NCBI GenBank assembly: GCA_965207665.1
Contig: CBDBMV010000002.1
Span: forward strand, 1,945,704-2,009,703
Direction of reading: 5' to 3'
DNA length: 64,000 bases
DNA from: Vicinamibacterales bacterium
Lineage (GTDB): Bacteria; Acidobacteriota; Vicinamibacteria; Vicinamibacterales; UBA8438
Made by a program: the position numbers and the translations under genes. The notes under the pieces are model-generated. The model saw nothing but the letters and a program-made list of their open reading frames with translations. It had not been told where the DNA came from and did not search any database. Shown one piece after another: positions 1 to 8,379 of this stretch. The first letter of the stretch is position 1. Every line of letters starts with the position of its first letter.

Positions 1-1
1 G

Positions 2-256
2 TTGACGCTCGTGGAGCGCTTCACACGCTCGGCGCCCGACGTGCTGACGTACGAAGCGACCGTGACGGATCCCGATGTGTGGACAGGCTCCTGGACGTAC
101 TCCGTGCCGATGGCCAGGAGCGAGCACCCTCTGTATGAATACGCCTGCCACGAGGGAAACTACGGCCTCTACAACATCCTCGCCGGGGCGCAGACGAATC
201 CGGAAGCCAACGTGATGACGGCGGAAGAGGCCGCCGAGGAAGCCCAGAGGCGTTGA
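2..256 (+). CDS. C-terminal fragment (5' end off-window) of a secreted EYACHEGNY-motif family protein of unknown function
   Basis: The frame is open from the window edge. LVERFTR...DPDVWTGSWT...YEYACHEGNYGLYNILAGA aligns with the C-termini of the five full-length paralogs at 2956-3999, 3996-4964, 5103-6074, 6083-7105 and 17646-18614. Confidence 0.7.
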   Translation: MTLVERFTRSAPDVLTYEATVTDPDVWTGSWTYSVPMARSEHPLYEYACHEGNYGLYNILAGAQTNPEANVMTAEEAAEEAQRR

Positions 257-313
257 GCCGCTCCGAGCCAACGGGCGGCCTTCGACGGGAATCCGGTAAC
301 GGGGTCGACGTTG

Positions 314-874
314 CTAGCGGACCTCCAGTGACTCGACCTGCAGTCGTGGTGCGCCGTCCTGCGGCTCGATCCAGTGTCCGGTCACCTGCACCAGTTGGTC
401 GCCCGGCTCGACGGCCAGGGGCGTGAGGCCGTCCGCCGCGACGAGCTGAAGGGTGAAGTCGGGTGACAGGGCGAGGGCGGGCGTGCCGTTCACGTTGGTG
501 ACGCGCCCGACGGCGGTGACCACCACGCCGTCGGGAACGAAGCCGACATTGAGCACCGTGTCCTGCACTGCGGCCAGGTCAAGGTAGTGGCCGGGCTCGA
601 CGGCGATGGCGATCTGCCCGTCGGGGGGACTGACCTCGACGCCGGCGACGTAATCGAGGCGGCGCAGGCGCCGGTCGAGCCCGGCGGCGCACGAGGGACA
701 CGACAGCTCCACCTCGATGGTCACGCGCACCATCCCCGGCAGGTCCGGTGACTGCAGGAGCGCCGCGCCGGCGCCGGTCGACAGCGGACCGAACAGCAGT
801 GCGGCCAACCCGCAGCGCAACGCGCCGAGTGCGGCTCCGGCCAGTCGAGAACGGTTACGCCGCGCGGATTTCAT
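314..874 (-). CDS. Exported protein with a heavy-metal-associated (HMA)-like domain (CPSC motif)
   Basis: N-terminal Arg-rich n-region plus hydrophobic segment. VRVTIEVELSCPSCAAGLDRRLRRLDYVAGVEV...IAIAVEPG resembles the HMA beta-alpha-beta-beta-alpha-beta layout with CxxC. It lies 30 nt downstream of the PQQ gene on the same strand. Confidence 0.5.
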   Translation of the reverse strand: MKSARRNRSRLAGAALGALRCGLAALLFGPLSTGAGAALLQSPDLPGMVRVTIEVELSCPSCAAGLDRRLRRLDYVAGVEVSPPDGQIAIAVEPGHYLDLAAVQDTVLNVGFVPDGVVVTAVGRVTNVNGTPALALSPDFTLQLVAADGLTPLAVEPGDQLVQVTGHWIEPQDGAPRLQVESLEVR

Positions 875-904
875 TGCTTGCCGGCGTGATCCAGCCGCGG
901 ATGG

Positions 905-2959
905 TCAGTCCGGCAGCGCGAAGACGTACATCGCGTTGCCGCTGTCTGGGACGTAGATCTCGGGGCTGAGCGAGGCCGAGACGATTCGGAACACGCCCAT
1001 GCCGGTCGGGACGGCGACGTACTGCCTGCCGTCCACCGCGTAGGTAATCGGGTAGCCGTGCGCAGAGTGGCCGAGGCGCCGTTCCCAGAGGATTTCGCCT
1101 GTCTCCACATCGAAGGCCCGAAAGTAGCGGTCGAGGTCGCCGGCGAAGACCAGTCCTCCGGCCGTCGTCAGCGCCGAGGTCAGGAACATCGCCCGCTGCT
1201 GGTAGCTCCAGCGCTCCTCGAACGTCCGCACGTCGAACGCTGTTAGCCTGCCGATGTTCCCTTCAGACTCCGGCATCGGCAGCAGCAGGCCGATGCCGCC
1301 CTCGTTGCCGCTGCCTTCCACCAGCTCCACGGGCCGGCCGGTCATGGTCATGCACGACTGAACCAGCGGGAAGACGACCGCGCCGGTCTCCGGGCTGTAG
1401 GCCGAGGCCATCCAGTTGCGGCCGCCGAAGTACCCCGGACAGGCGGGCACCGGCTCGCCGATCTGCGCTTCGCGGATGTCGCGCCTGTAGGTGACGCGCC
1501 CGGTCTCGCGGTCGATCGACTCGAAGACGTCCTGGTAGACCATTTCCTTGATGGCGAGAAACCGCCCGTCGTTGCGGCGCAGCTTCCAGAGCAGCCCATC
1601 CTTGCCCGCCGTCAGCAGCACGGGCTCGCCGTCGATATCGAGCAGCATGCGTTCGTACACGCTGTCGAGGTCGAGCGTCTCTCCGGGCACGTGCTGGAAG
1701 AACCACTCCACCTGACCCGACCGCGGATTGAGCGCCAGCGTCGAGTTGGTGTAGAGCGCGTCGTGGGTCGTCGCCATGCCGCGGCTCGCTGCCACCCACG
1801 GCTTGGCCTGCGCGGTCCCGATGTAGAACAGGTCCAGGCCCGCGTCGTACGCGCCGGGAATCCACATGTCGGCCCCGCCCCGCAGGTGCGGTGGAATGTC
1901 GCCCCAACTGTTGTTGTTGGGATCGCCGGGTTGCGCGATGGTCGACGTGCGCCAGAGCTCCTCGCCGGTGTCGGGGTCGTGGCCGGTGATGAAGCAGCCC
2001 GCGTCGGTGAACTGCTCGCAGCCGTTGATGCCGCTGACCACGACGCCGTTGGCGATGACCGGCGCGGAGGTGTGCGTGAAGCCCTGCGTGTAGTCGGCCT
2101 TGGTCGTCTTCCATACCTCGTCGCCGGTGCGCATGTCGATGGCGACGATTGACGCATCGTAGGTTGCCAGGAAGATCTTGTCGCCGTAGAGCGCCAGACC
2201 ACGCGTTGCCCCGGTGCCCTTGAGCGCGTCGGGCGGATAGCCGTAGCGGTACTCCCAGATGAGATCGCCCGTGGCGGCGTCGATGGCCTGGACGACGTTG
2301 CCGGGGTTCGCCAGGAACATCACGCCGTCGTGCACCAGGGGCGAGGTCTGGTTCTGCCCCTCATGCATCGCGAGGACCCAGGCCAGCTCCAGCTCGCCCG
2401 CGTTGTCGCGGGTGATCTGATCCAGGGGGCTGTAGCCCTGGTTGTCCGGCGTGCGGCGCCAGCTCAGCCAGTCGGCCGCGGGCGGCCGGCGCAGCAACTC
2501 GTCGGTGACCGCCGCCAGCCCCGTGGCTCCGCTGTCGCGGTAGCGGGTCGTGCTCGTCTGGCGCGCCGCCGCCCCGCCCGGCGCAAAGCCCAACGCCGCC
2601 AACAGTGCCGGATCCATCTCGACGGAGCTCCGGATCACCGCGGCGATCTGCCGGTAAGTCTCCTCGCCGAGTTGCCCCTCCCTGCCGGGCGGCATCTCGG
2701 CCTGGAGGTAATCGACGAGCTCGGCGACGGAGCGCTCTCCCCACACGCTGTCGAAGGTCGTTCCGGTCAGCGCCGGACCGTGGGCGCTGCCTTCGAGCCG
2801 TTGCCCGTGGCACTCCGCGCATTGCGCCTGGTAGGCGGCCGCGCCGGGTCCCGCCGCGGCCCCCTGCGCCGCGGCGTGCGGCGCGAACGCCATGACCGCG
2901 GTCATGGCCAGAGCAACAATCGGCGGTAGCTTCCAATTGGTAGTCACGTCCTCAATCAC
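905..2959 (-). CDS. PQQ-dependent dehydrogenase (alcohol-dehydrogenase-like beta-propeller) with an N-terminal mono-haem cytochrome c domain
   Basis: CxxCH haem motif ([13 protein letters not shown]) follows a signal-like AFAPHAAAQ. Then come PQQ propeller strings: [72 protein letters not shown]. The GTG at 2959 overlaps the upstream stop (GTGA); alternative ATGs are at 2905/2893. The 891-aa track ORF extension upstream is Arg/Pro-rich junk overlapping the upstream gene. Confidence 0.8.
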   Translation of the reverse strand: MIEDVTTNWKLPPIVALAMTAVMAFAPHAAAQGAAAGPGAAAYQAQCAECHGQRLEGSAHGPALTGTTFDSVWGERSVAELVDYLQAEMPPGREGQLGEETYRQIAAVIRSSVEMDPALLAALGFAPGGAAARQTSTTRYRDSGATGLAAVTDELLRRPPAADWLSWRRTPDNQGYSPLDQITRDNAGELELAWVLAMHEGQNQTSPLVHDGVMFLANPGNVVQAIDAATGDLIWEYRYGYPPDALKGTGATRGLALYGDKIFLATYDASIVAIDMRTGDEVWKTTKADYTQGFTHTSAPVIANGVVVSGINGCEQFTDAGCFITGHDPDTGEELWRTSTIAQPGDPNNNSWGDIPPHLRGGADMWIPGAYDAGLDLFYIGTAQAKPWVAASRGMATTHDALYTNSTLALNPRSGQVEWFFQHVPGETLDLDSVYERMLLDIDGEPVLLTAGKDGLLWKLRRNDGRFLAIKEMVYQDVFESIDRETGRVTYRRDIREAQIGEPVPACPGYFGGRNWMASAYSPETGAVVFPLVQSCMTMTGRPVELVEGSGNEGGIGLLLPMPESEGNIGRLTAFDVRTFEERWSYQQRAMFLTSALTTAGGLVFAGDLDRYFRAFDVETGEILWERRLGHSAHGYPITYAVDGRQYVAVPTGMGVFRIVSASLSPEIYVPDSGNAMYVFALPD

Positions 2960-3999
2960 CGTTGAGCCTCCAACAGCCGGGCTCCCATGAGAATGCTGGT
3001 CAGCGCGTAGTTGCCCTCGTGGCAGGCCGATTCGTAGATGCGGTTCTCCCTGTTGTCGAGCTCCGTCATCGGAATCTCGATGGTCCACGGGCGGGTGAAC
3101 ACCGTCTCGTCCTCGATGGTGGCCTGGTAGAGGAGCTCTCCCGGGCCGGTGCGGGTGAAGCGCTCGACGAGATGGAGGTTGTCGCGGGAACCCTCGTAGT
3201 TCGTCTTGTCGGAGAAGTTGGTGGTGTCGATGACGAGCGTGTCGCCTTCCCACCTCCCGCGCGCATCCCCCAGGTACTGGCGGATGCCGCCGGCGAGGTG
3301 CGGCCGGCCGTCCAGCGGGACATGCCGGTACGCGCCGCCGTTGTGCCCATGCTCGTAGTAGATGCTGACCAGGTCCGGCGACTGCACGATGCGGTGCAGG
3401 GTCGCGGACGAGCTGGCGGCCGCGAACCGCAGCGGAATGCTCGCGCCGAGGCAGCGGTCGTTCGGCCGGTCCTCCGGGCCGTCGCCGCCCCGATCGTTGT
3501 CCTCCGCGAGGTAGCGGCCGCGCTCGGTGAACGTGGAGACCATCTCGGCCGCGTGGCGCTCGCGGACCTCGGGAATCCACGGCACCTTGCCGTCCGGCGG
3601 GTCAATGATCTGCGACGTGCGGCCCGTGCTGATCACCTCGCGGCCGAAGCCGCTGAACGCGCTGTTGTAGGTGCCCACGTTGTCGCTCGACCCGCGTTCC
3701 CGCGTGCCTCCCACCGACGCGTCGACCCGGGTGAGCACCGCGGCCTCGAGCTCCGCCCTCTCCTCTTCCGTCACGAACTCGCGGCCCTCGAACTCGTCGG
3801 GCCGTTCGAGCGGCGTCAGGATGTAGCCGCTGGTCCAAATCCCCTGCAGGTCGGGTGCTCCCCAGGGCGTCCGCGCCGGGGCCCACTCGGCGTCAGCGGC
3901 TGTCTCGGCGGCGTCCTGCCCGAACGTCGGTTGCCACGCCAGTCCGGCAACCAGGAACACAACCAGTCCGAGCGCCAGTGCGAAGTGTCTGCCAGTCAT
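2956..3999 (-). CDS. Secreted EYACHEGNY-motif family protein (unknown function), paralog 1
   Basis: Signal peptide [22 protein letters not shown]. Family blocks: [84 protein letters not shown] overlap with the upstream paralog at 3996-3999. Confidence 0.8.
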   Translation of the reverse strand: MTGRHFALALGLVVFLVAGLAWQPTFGQDAAETAADAEWAPARTPWGAPDLQGIWTSGYILTPLERPDEFEGREFVTEEERAELEAAVLTRVDASVGGTRERGSSDNVGTYNSAFSGFGREVISTGRTSQIIDPPDGKVPWIPEVRERHAAEMVSTFTERGRYLAEDNDRGGDGPEDRPNDRCLGASIPLRFAAASSSATLHRIVQSPDLVSIYYEHGHNGGAYRHVPLDGRPHLAGGIRQYLGDARGRWEGDTLVIDTTNFSDKTNYEGSRDNLHLVERFTRTGPGELLYQATIEDETVFTRPWTIEIPMTELDNRENRIYESACHEGNYALTSILMGARLLEAQR

Positions 4000-4964
4000 C
4001 GGTCCTCCGCTTTCTCGAGGTTCCGCTGGATGCTGAGGATGTTGCTCAAGCCGTAGTTCGCTTCGTGGCAGGCATACTCGAAGATCTGCCAGTACGAGGG
4101 ATCACGCCTGCCGGTCATCATGAACGTCCAGGGGCGTGTCCAGGTGGCGGGATCGTCGATCGTGATGGCCACCTCGATGGTGTCGGCATCGACGCGCGTA
4201 TAGCGCTCGACCAGCCGCAGCGTCGCCCCGGCGCCCTTGTAGTTCGTGCGATCGCTGAAGTTGGCGACCTCGACCACGAGGGTGTCGCCGTCCCAGTGCC
4301 CGCGGGAGTCGCCGAACCACTGCCGGATCCCTTGCGTCAGCGGCGCGCGTCCGTCCAGCGGAATCAGGCGGTGCTCGTGCAGCCGCTCGTACAGGATTGC
4401 TACATGTCCAGGACTCTGGACGATCTGGAAGCCGTTGTTGTACGCGCTCGGGAACCAGGTGTGCGGCAGACCGCGCGTGATGCAGCGCTCGCCGAGGTTG
4501 AAATCCTCCGGGCCGTTCAGCGGGCTGCCGTCGAAGGCGCCGCCCACGAATCCCAGCACCGAGTCGGGGTCGATCTCGCGCGACTGCGCGCCCAGTGTTA
4601 GCGGCGGGATCCGGCCGTCGGGAGGGTCGATGACCAGAGATGTTCGGGCGGACGGCCGCTCGGCGTACTCGAACCAGTGCTTCGGCCCGGTTTCGTCGCG
4701 CGGCGGGCCGTCGTGCTTGTCGTCCCTGGCCAGCCGCTCCTCGACGTCGGCGCGTTCGGCGAGCTCTTCGGAAGTCAGCTCGGTCCGCTCGCCGAACTGC
4801 TCCGGCCGCTCCATCGGCACGCTGCGTTCGGCGTCCGTGGTGTAGATGCCCTGCAGGTCGGGGTCGCCCCAGGGTGTCCGGGGAACCTGCGCCGTAGCCT
4901 GCGAGTTCAGCATGCTGCCAGCCAGCACGCCCGCGCACACTGCTGCCCCGTATCGATATCCCAT
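3996..4964 (-). CDS. Secreted EYACHEGNY-motif family protein, paralog 2 (variant motif ACHEANY)
   Basis: Signal-like N-terminus ending ATAQ. Blocks: RTPWGDPDLQGIY, TSLVIDPPDGRIPP, GERCITRG, IPLDGRAP, GHWDGDTLVVEVANF, LVERYTR, WTRPWT, FEYACHEANYGL. Confidence 0.8.
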   Translation of the reverse strand: MGYRYGAAVCAGVLAGSMLNSQATAQVPRTPWGDPDLQGIYTTDAERSVPMERPEQFGERTELTSEELAERADVEERLARDDKHDGPPRDETGPKHWFEYAERPSARTSLVIDPPDGRIPPLTLGAQSREIDPDSVLGFVGGAFDGSPLNGPEDFNLGERCITRGLPHTWFPSAYNNGFQIVQSPGHVAILYERLHEHRLIPLDGRAPLTQGIRQWFGDSRGHWDGDTLVVEVANFSDRTNYKGAGATLRLVERYTRVDADTIEVAITIDDPATWTRPWTFMMTGRRDPSYWQIFEYACHEANYGLSNILSIQRNLEKAEDR

Positions 4965-4989
4965 TTGCGCGCAACGTTACCCACCGGGC

Positions 4990-5009
4990 AATTGGAGTGT
5001 CAACCAATT
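4990..5009. promoter_or_regulatory. Inverted repeat AATTGG-N8-CCAATT in the divergent intergenic region; candidate operator
   Basis: Read directly from the sequence between the divergent starts at 4964 (-) and 5103 (+). A 10-bp palindrome TTGCGCGCAA (4965-4974) also abuts the minus-strand start. No binding protein is known. Confidence 0.2.
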
Positions 5010-5102
5010 CCACCTCGAGAGCCTGCCGCGTGGAAGCGTTCCGGCTTTGCGGGATATGATGGCGGGGATTGGCGATTCAGGTTCTCTGGAGGAGGTTGTG
5101 AC

Positions 5103-6074
5103 ATGTGGGGTGTCAGGATGGCGGGTGCGCTTGTCGTGGCGGTCGTTGGACTGGTGGTTCTGTCCGGATTGGCGGAAGCGCAGGAGCCGCCGCGGACCGG
5201 GTGGGGCGAGCCGGATCTGCAGGGAGTCTGGGACTTCCGCACCCTCACGCCGCTCCAGCGGCCGGAGGATCTGGGCGACAAGGCGTTCCTGACGGCCGAA
5301 GAAGCGGCCCAGCGCGAGAAGGACGAGTTCGACCGGAACCTCCGTCTTTGGGAGCAGGACCGGCGCACTACCGTGGCCGGCGAGAACGTCGGCGGCTACA
5401 ACAACTTCTGGATGGACCGCGGCACCACGGTCATCGAGACGCTGCGCACCTCGCTCGTCATCGATCCGCCGAACGGCCGCATTCCCGAGCTCACGGAGGA
5501 GGGCCAGGCAAGGGCGCAGATTCCCCTGGGTTCGTTCAGGGTCGAGTTCCCGGAGACCTACACCGACCTGAGCACCTACGACCGCTGCATACTGGGCTTC
5601 AATGCCGGGCCTCCCATTACGCCGGCCGCCTACAACCAGAACGTGCAGATCTTCCAGACGCCGCGGCACCTGGTGTTGCTTACCGAGATGGTCCACACGG
5701 TGCGGGTCATCCCGCTGGACGGACAGCCGCATCTCGACGGCCGGGTGCAGCAGTGGTCCGGCGACTCCCGGGGGCGCTGGGAAGGTGACACGCTGGTGGT
5801 GGAGACCAGGAACTTCGCGGAGAAGCGCGCCTGGCGCGGGTCATCCGACAGGATGACGCTGGTCGAGCGTTTCCGCCGCCTGGACGAGGACACGCTCGAG
5901 TACGAATACACCGTGACCGATCCCGGCACCTGGCAGGCGCCCTGGTCGGTCAACCTGCCGATGGTCAGGAACGACCAGCCGGTATTCGAGTACGCGTGCC
6001 ACGAGGGCAACTACTCGATGGTCAACATCCTCGGCGGCGCGCGCGTCCTGGAGCAGCAGGCGGACGGCCGGTAG
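5103..6074 (+). CDS. Secreted EYACHEGNY-motif family protein, paralog 3
   Basis: ATG at 5103 is preceded by GGAGGAGG. Signal peptide ...VVLSGLAEAQ. Blocks: [82 protein letters not shown]. The track ORF start at 4677 adds 142 aa of antisense-like sequence and was rejected. Confidence 0.8.
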   Translation: MWGVRMAGALVVAVVGLVVLSGLAEAQEPPRTGWGEPDLQGVWDFRTLTPLQRPEDLGDKAFLTAEEAAQREKDEFDRNLRLWEQDRRTTVAGENVGGYNNFWMDRGTTVIETLRTSLVIDPPNGRIPELTEEGQARAQIPLGSFRVEFPETYTDLSTYDRCILGFNAGPPITPAAYNQNVQIFQTPRHLVLLTEMVHTVRVIPLDGQPHLDGRVQQWSGDSRGRWEGDTLVVETRNFAEKRAWRGSSDRMTLVERFRRLDEDTLEYEYTVTDPGTWQAPWSVNLPMVRNDQPVFEYACHEGNYSMVNILGGARVLEQQADGR

Positions 6075-6082
6075 GCGCCGGG

Positions 6083-7105
6083 CTACGGGGCCTCTGCTTC
6101 GCAGTCCCAACAGATGACGCCGGGCTCGGCGGACGGCTCCTTCGGCGTGCCGTCCTGGGCGCGCAAGCCGCTCAGGATGTTGACGATGGCGTAGTTGCCC
6201 TCGTGGCAGGCCACCTCATACATGGGGCCGGGGGTCGACCGCAGCGAGATGGCGGCTGTCCACGGGGCGGTCCACCGCGTGGGGTCGTCCACCGTGTACT
6301 CGTAGCGGATGAGGTCGCCGCTCTCGCGGGTGAAGCGCTCCACGAGCCGGCGGATGTTCGGGCCCGAGCCCACCTGCTGCAGCCGGTTCGAGAAGAGCGT
6401 CGTTTCCACGACCAGCGTGTCGCCCTCCCAGCGCGCACGCGCATCACCCGTCCGCTGCCGGATTGTCCCGTGCGGCCGATCGGAGATGGGGATGACACGC
6501 CAGGTGCGGAACGCCTCGGCGTAGATCACGAAGTAGTCGGGCGTCTGGAGCAACTGCACCAGGTTGTTGTAGGGCAGCGGTGAGATGGGAAGGCCGTGGA
6601 GCGCCAGGCAGCGGTCGCCCTGTCCCAGCTCGCGGTAGTCGTCCGCGGGCAGGATGGCGCCGAAGCCCTTGCGGCGCGCCTGGTCCCGCTTGCCGCCCTC
6701 GGTCATCTCCGGAAACCGGCCGTTCGGCGGATCGATGATCCTGGATGTCCGCCGGTCTGCAACGACCCTGGTTCCGAAGTCCAGACCCCACTGCCACGCG
6801 TGCCCGTTGGCGCCCGCTGCATCACCCGCCTCCGCGGGCCGCACGGGCGCGGCAAGGATGTTCTGCTCGCGGTCGACGGCGGCCTGCTCGAGTGACAGGG
6901 CCTGGTCCTCGGTGAGGTACTCCTGGTCCGCGAACTCCTCGGGCCGCTGCATCGGCGTGATGCTGCTGTAGTCCCACAGGCCGTCCAGCGCGGGCGTCCC
7001 CCAGGGTGTCCGGGGCGCCTCCTGCGCCGGCGCGGCCGACGCCGCCAGGAGCAGCACACCCGGGAATACGACAGCCCGCAACAGGTTCGTGGCTTGCAGG
7101 TGCAT
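6083..7105 (-). CDS. Secreted EYACHEGNY-motif family protein, paralog 4, with an extra C-terminal CWDC tail
   Basis: Signal peptide ...LLLAASAAPAQ. Blocks: [74 protein letters not shown]. Unique tail ...EPGVICWDCEAEAP. Starts 3 nt after the DUF1552 stop. Confidence 0.8.
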   Translation of the reverse strand: MHLQATNLLRAVVFPGVLLLAASAAPAQEAPRTPWGTPALDGLWDYSSITPMQRPEEFADQEYLTEDQALSLEQAAVDREQNILAAPVRPAEAGDAAGANGHAWQWGLDFGTRVVADRRTSRIIDPPNGRFPEMTEGGKRDQARRKGFGAILPADDYRELGQGDRCLALHGLPISPLPYNNLVQLLQTPDYFVIYAEAFRTWRVIPISDRPHGTIRQRTGDARARWEGDTLVVETTLFSNRLQQVGSGPNIRRLVERFTRESGDLIRYEYTVDDPTRWTAPWTAAISLRSTPGPMYEVACHEGNYAIVNILSGLRAQDGTPKEPSAEPGVICWDCEAEAP

Positions 7106-7108
7106 CTA

Positions 7109-8377
7109 TCAGGCCCAGGTCAGGGTCCCGGTGCTCTGGCCGAACGCGTCGGTCTCCACGCCCATGTTCTGCAGCAGCGTTACGTACAGGTTGCAGAGCG
7201 GCGCGTTGTGCTCGCCGTCGTGCACGACGTGCTGTCCGTGGGAGAAGCCGCCGCCCGCGACCAGAATGGGCAGATCAACCGGCGTGTGCGCGTTCGCGTT
7301 GCCGAGATTGCTGCCGAACAGGACCGTCGTCTGGTCGATGAGCGGGCCGTTGGCGTCGCTGCGCTCGGTCAGGTCGGTCATCAGGCTGTTGAAGGCCTGG
7401 ACGATCTCCACCTCGACCTTCTTGAGCTGCGCGATCTTGGCCTCGTCCTGCCCGTGGTGCGACAGGTTGTGCTGATCGGTCGTCACGCCCGGAACCTGCG
7501 GCACTACGCCGTGGTCCTGGATCATGAGGCTGATGACCCGCGACGAATCGGTCTCCAGGATCAGCGGCATCAGGCTGAACATCGCCTTGATGCGGCCGAT
7601 GAGGTCCGCGGGGTTGGGGATGTCCTCCGGCGGTTCCGCGTCGACGGCCGGCTTCGGCCTCTGCTGCCAGGCCTTGACCTCGCCGAGTTCCTGCTCGGCC
7701 GTGCGCACCGCCTCGAAGTACGCGTCGAGCTTCTGCTGATCGATCGCGCTGACGCGCCGGCGCAGCACCGCCGTCTGCGACTTGAGCCGGTCGAGGATGC
7801 TGCCGCCGTCGTTGAGGCTCTGCGCCTCGCGCTCGACCTCCTCGGGCGTGCCCTGCAGGAACAGGTTCCTGAACAGGCGGGCCGGGCTGGCCTCGGCCGG
7901 CACCATCGCGCCGCTCGTGGTGAACGACTGGCTCTGCGCCGTGGCCGTTGCCATGACGATGGAGGGGAAGCGGGTGGCATATCCGAAGTGATTGGCGGCC
8001 ACCTGGTCGAGCGAGATCGAGTTGCGGAACCCGTCGAGGCCGGGCCGGCGGGCGGCCGTCAGCCAAGTGATCTCGGAGTTGTGCGGCTGCCGGCCGGTCT
8101 GCTCCTCGTGCGAGAACCCCGTGAACAGCGTGTACCGCGAGCGGTGGCCGTCGATGAGATTCAGGTACTCGCTCGCCTCGTAGCCGGCGCCGGCCGTCTT
8201 CGGGAACCACGAGTCCGAGTAGAGCCCGAGGGTGCTGCAGATCGTCACCAGCCGCTTCGGCGACGCCGCCGCCGCGCGCGCCAGCGCCGGGTGCATCGAC
8301 TCGAGCATCGGCAGCGCCAGCGCGACGCCTGAAGCGCGCAGGAACGTGCGGCGGCCGACGGTTCCATTGATGGCCAT
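7109..8377 (-). CDS. DUF1552 family protein (Tat-like signal)
   Basis: MAINGTVGRRTFLRASGVALALPMLESM is the typical DUF1552 N-terminus. It lies 2 nt downstream of a DUF1592-type gene, the classical pairing. The 1199-aa track ORF is an out-of-frame read-through extension and was rejected. Confidence 0.8.
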   Translation of the reverse strand: MAINGTVGRRTFLRASGVALALPMLESMHPALARAAAASPKRLVTICSTLGLYSDSWFPKTAGAGYEASEYLNLIDGHRSRYTLFTGFSHEEQTGRQPHNSEITWLTAARRPGLDGFRNSISLDQVAANHFGYATRFPSIVMATATAQSQSFTTSGAMVPAEASPARLFRNLFLQGTPEEVEREAQSLNDGGSILDRLKSQTAVLRRRVSAIDQQKLDAYFEAVRTAEQELGEVKAWQQRPKPAVDAEPPEDIPNPADLIGRIKAMFSLMPLILETDSSRVISLMIQDHGVVPQVPGVTTDQHNLSHHGQDEAKIAQLKKVEVEIVQAFNSLMTDLTERSDANGPLIDQTTVLFGSNLGNANAHTPVDLPILVAGGGFSHGQHVVHDGEHNAPLCNLYVTLLQNMGVETDAFGQSTGTLTWA

Positions 8378-8379
8378 GC

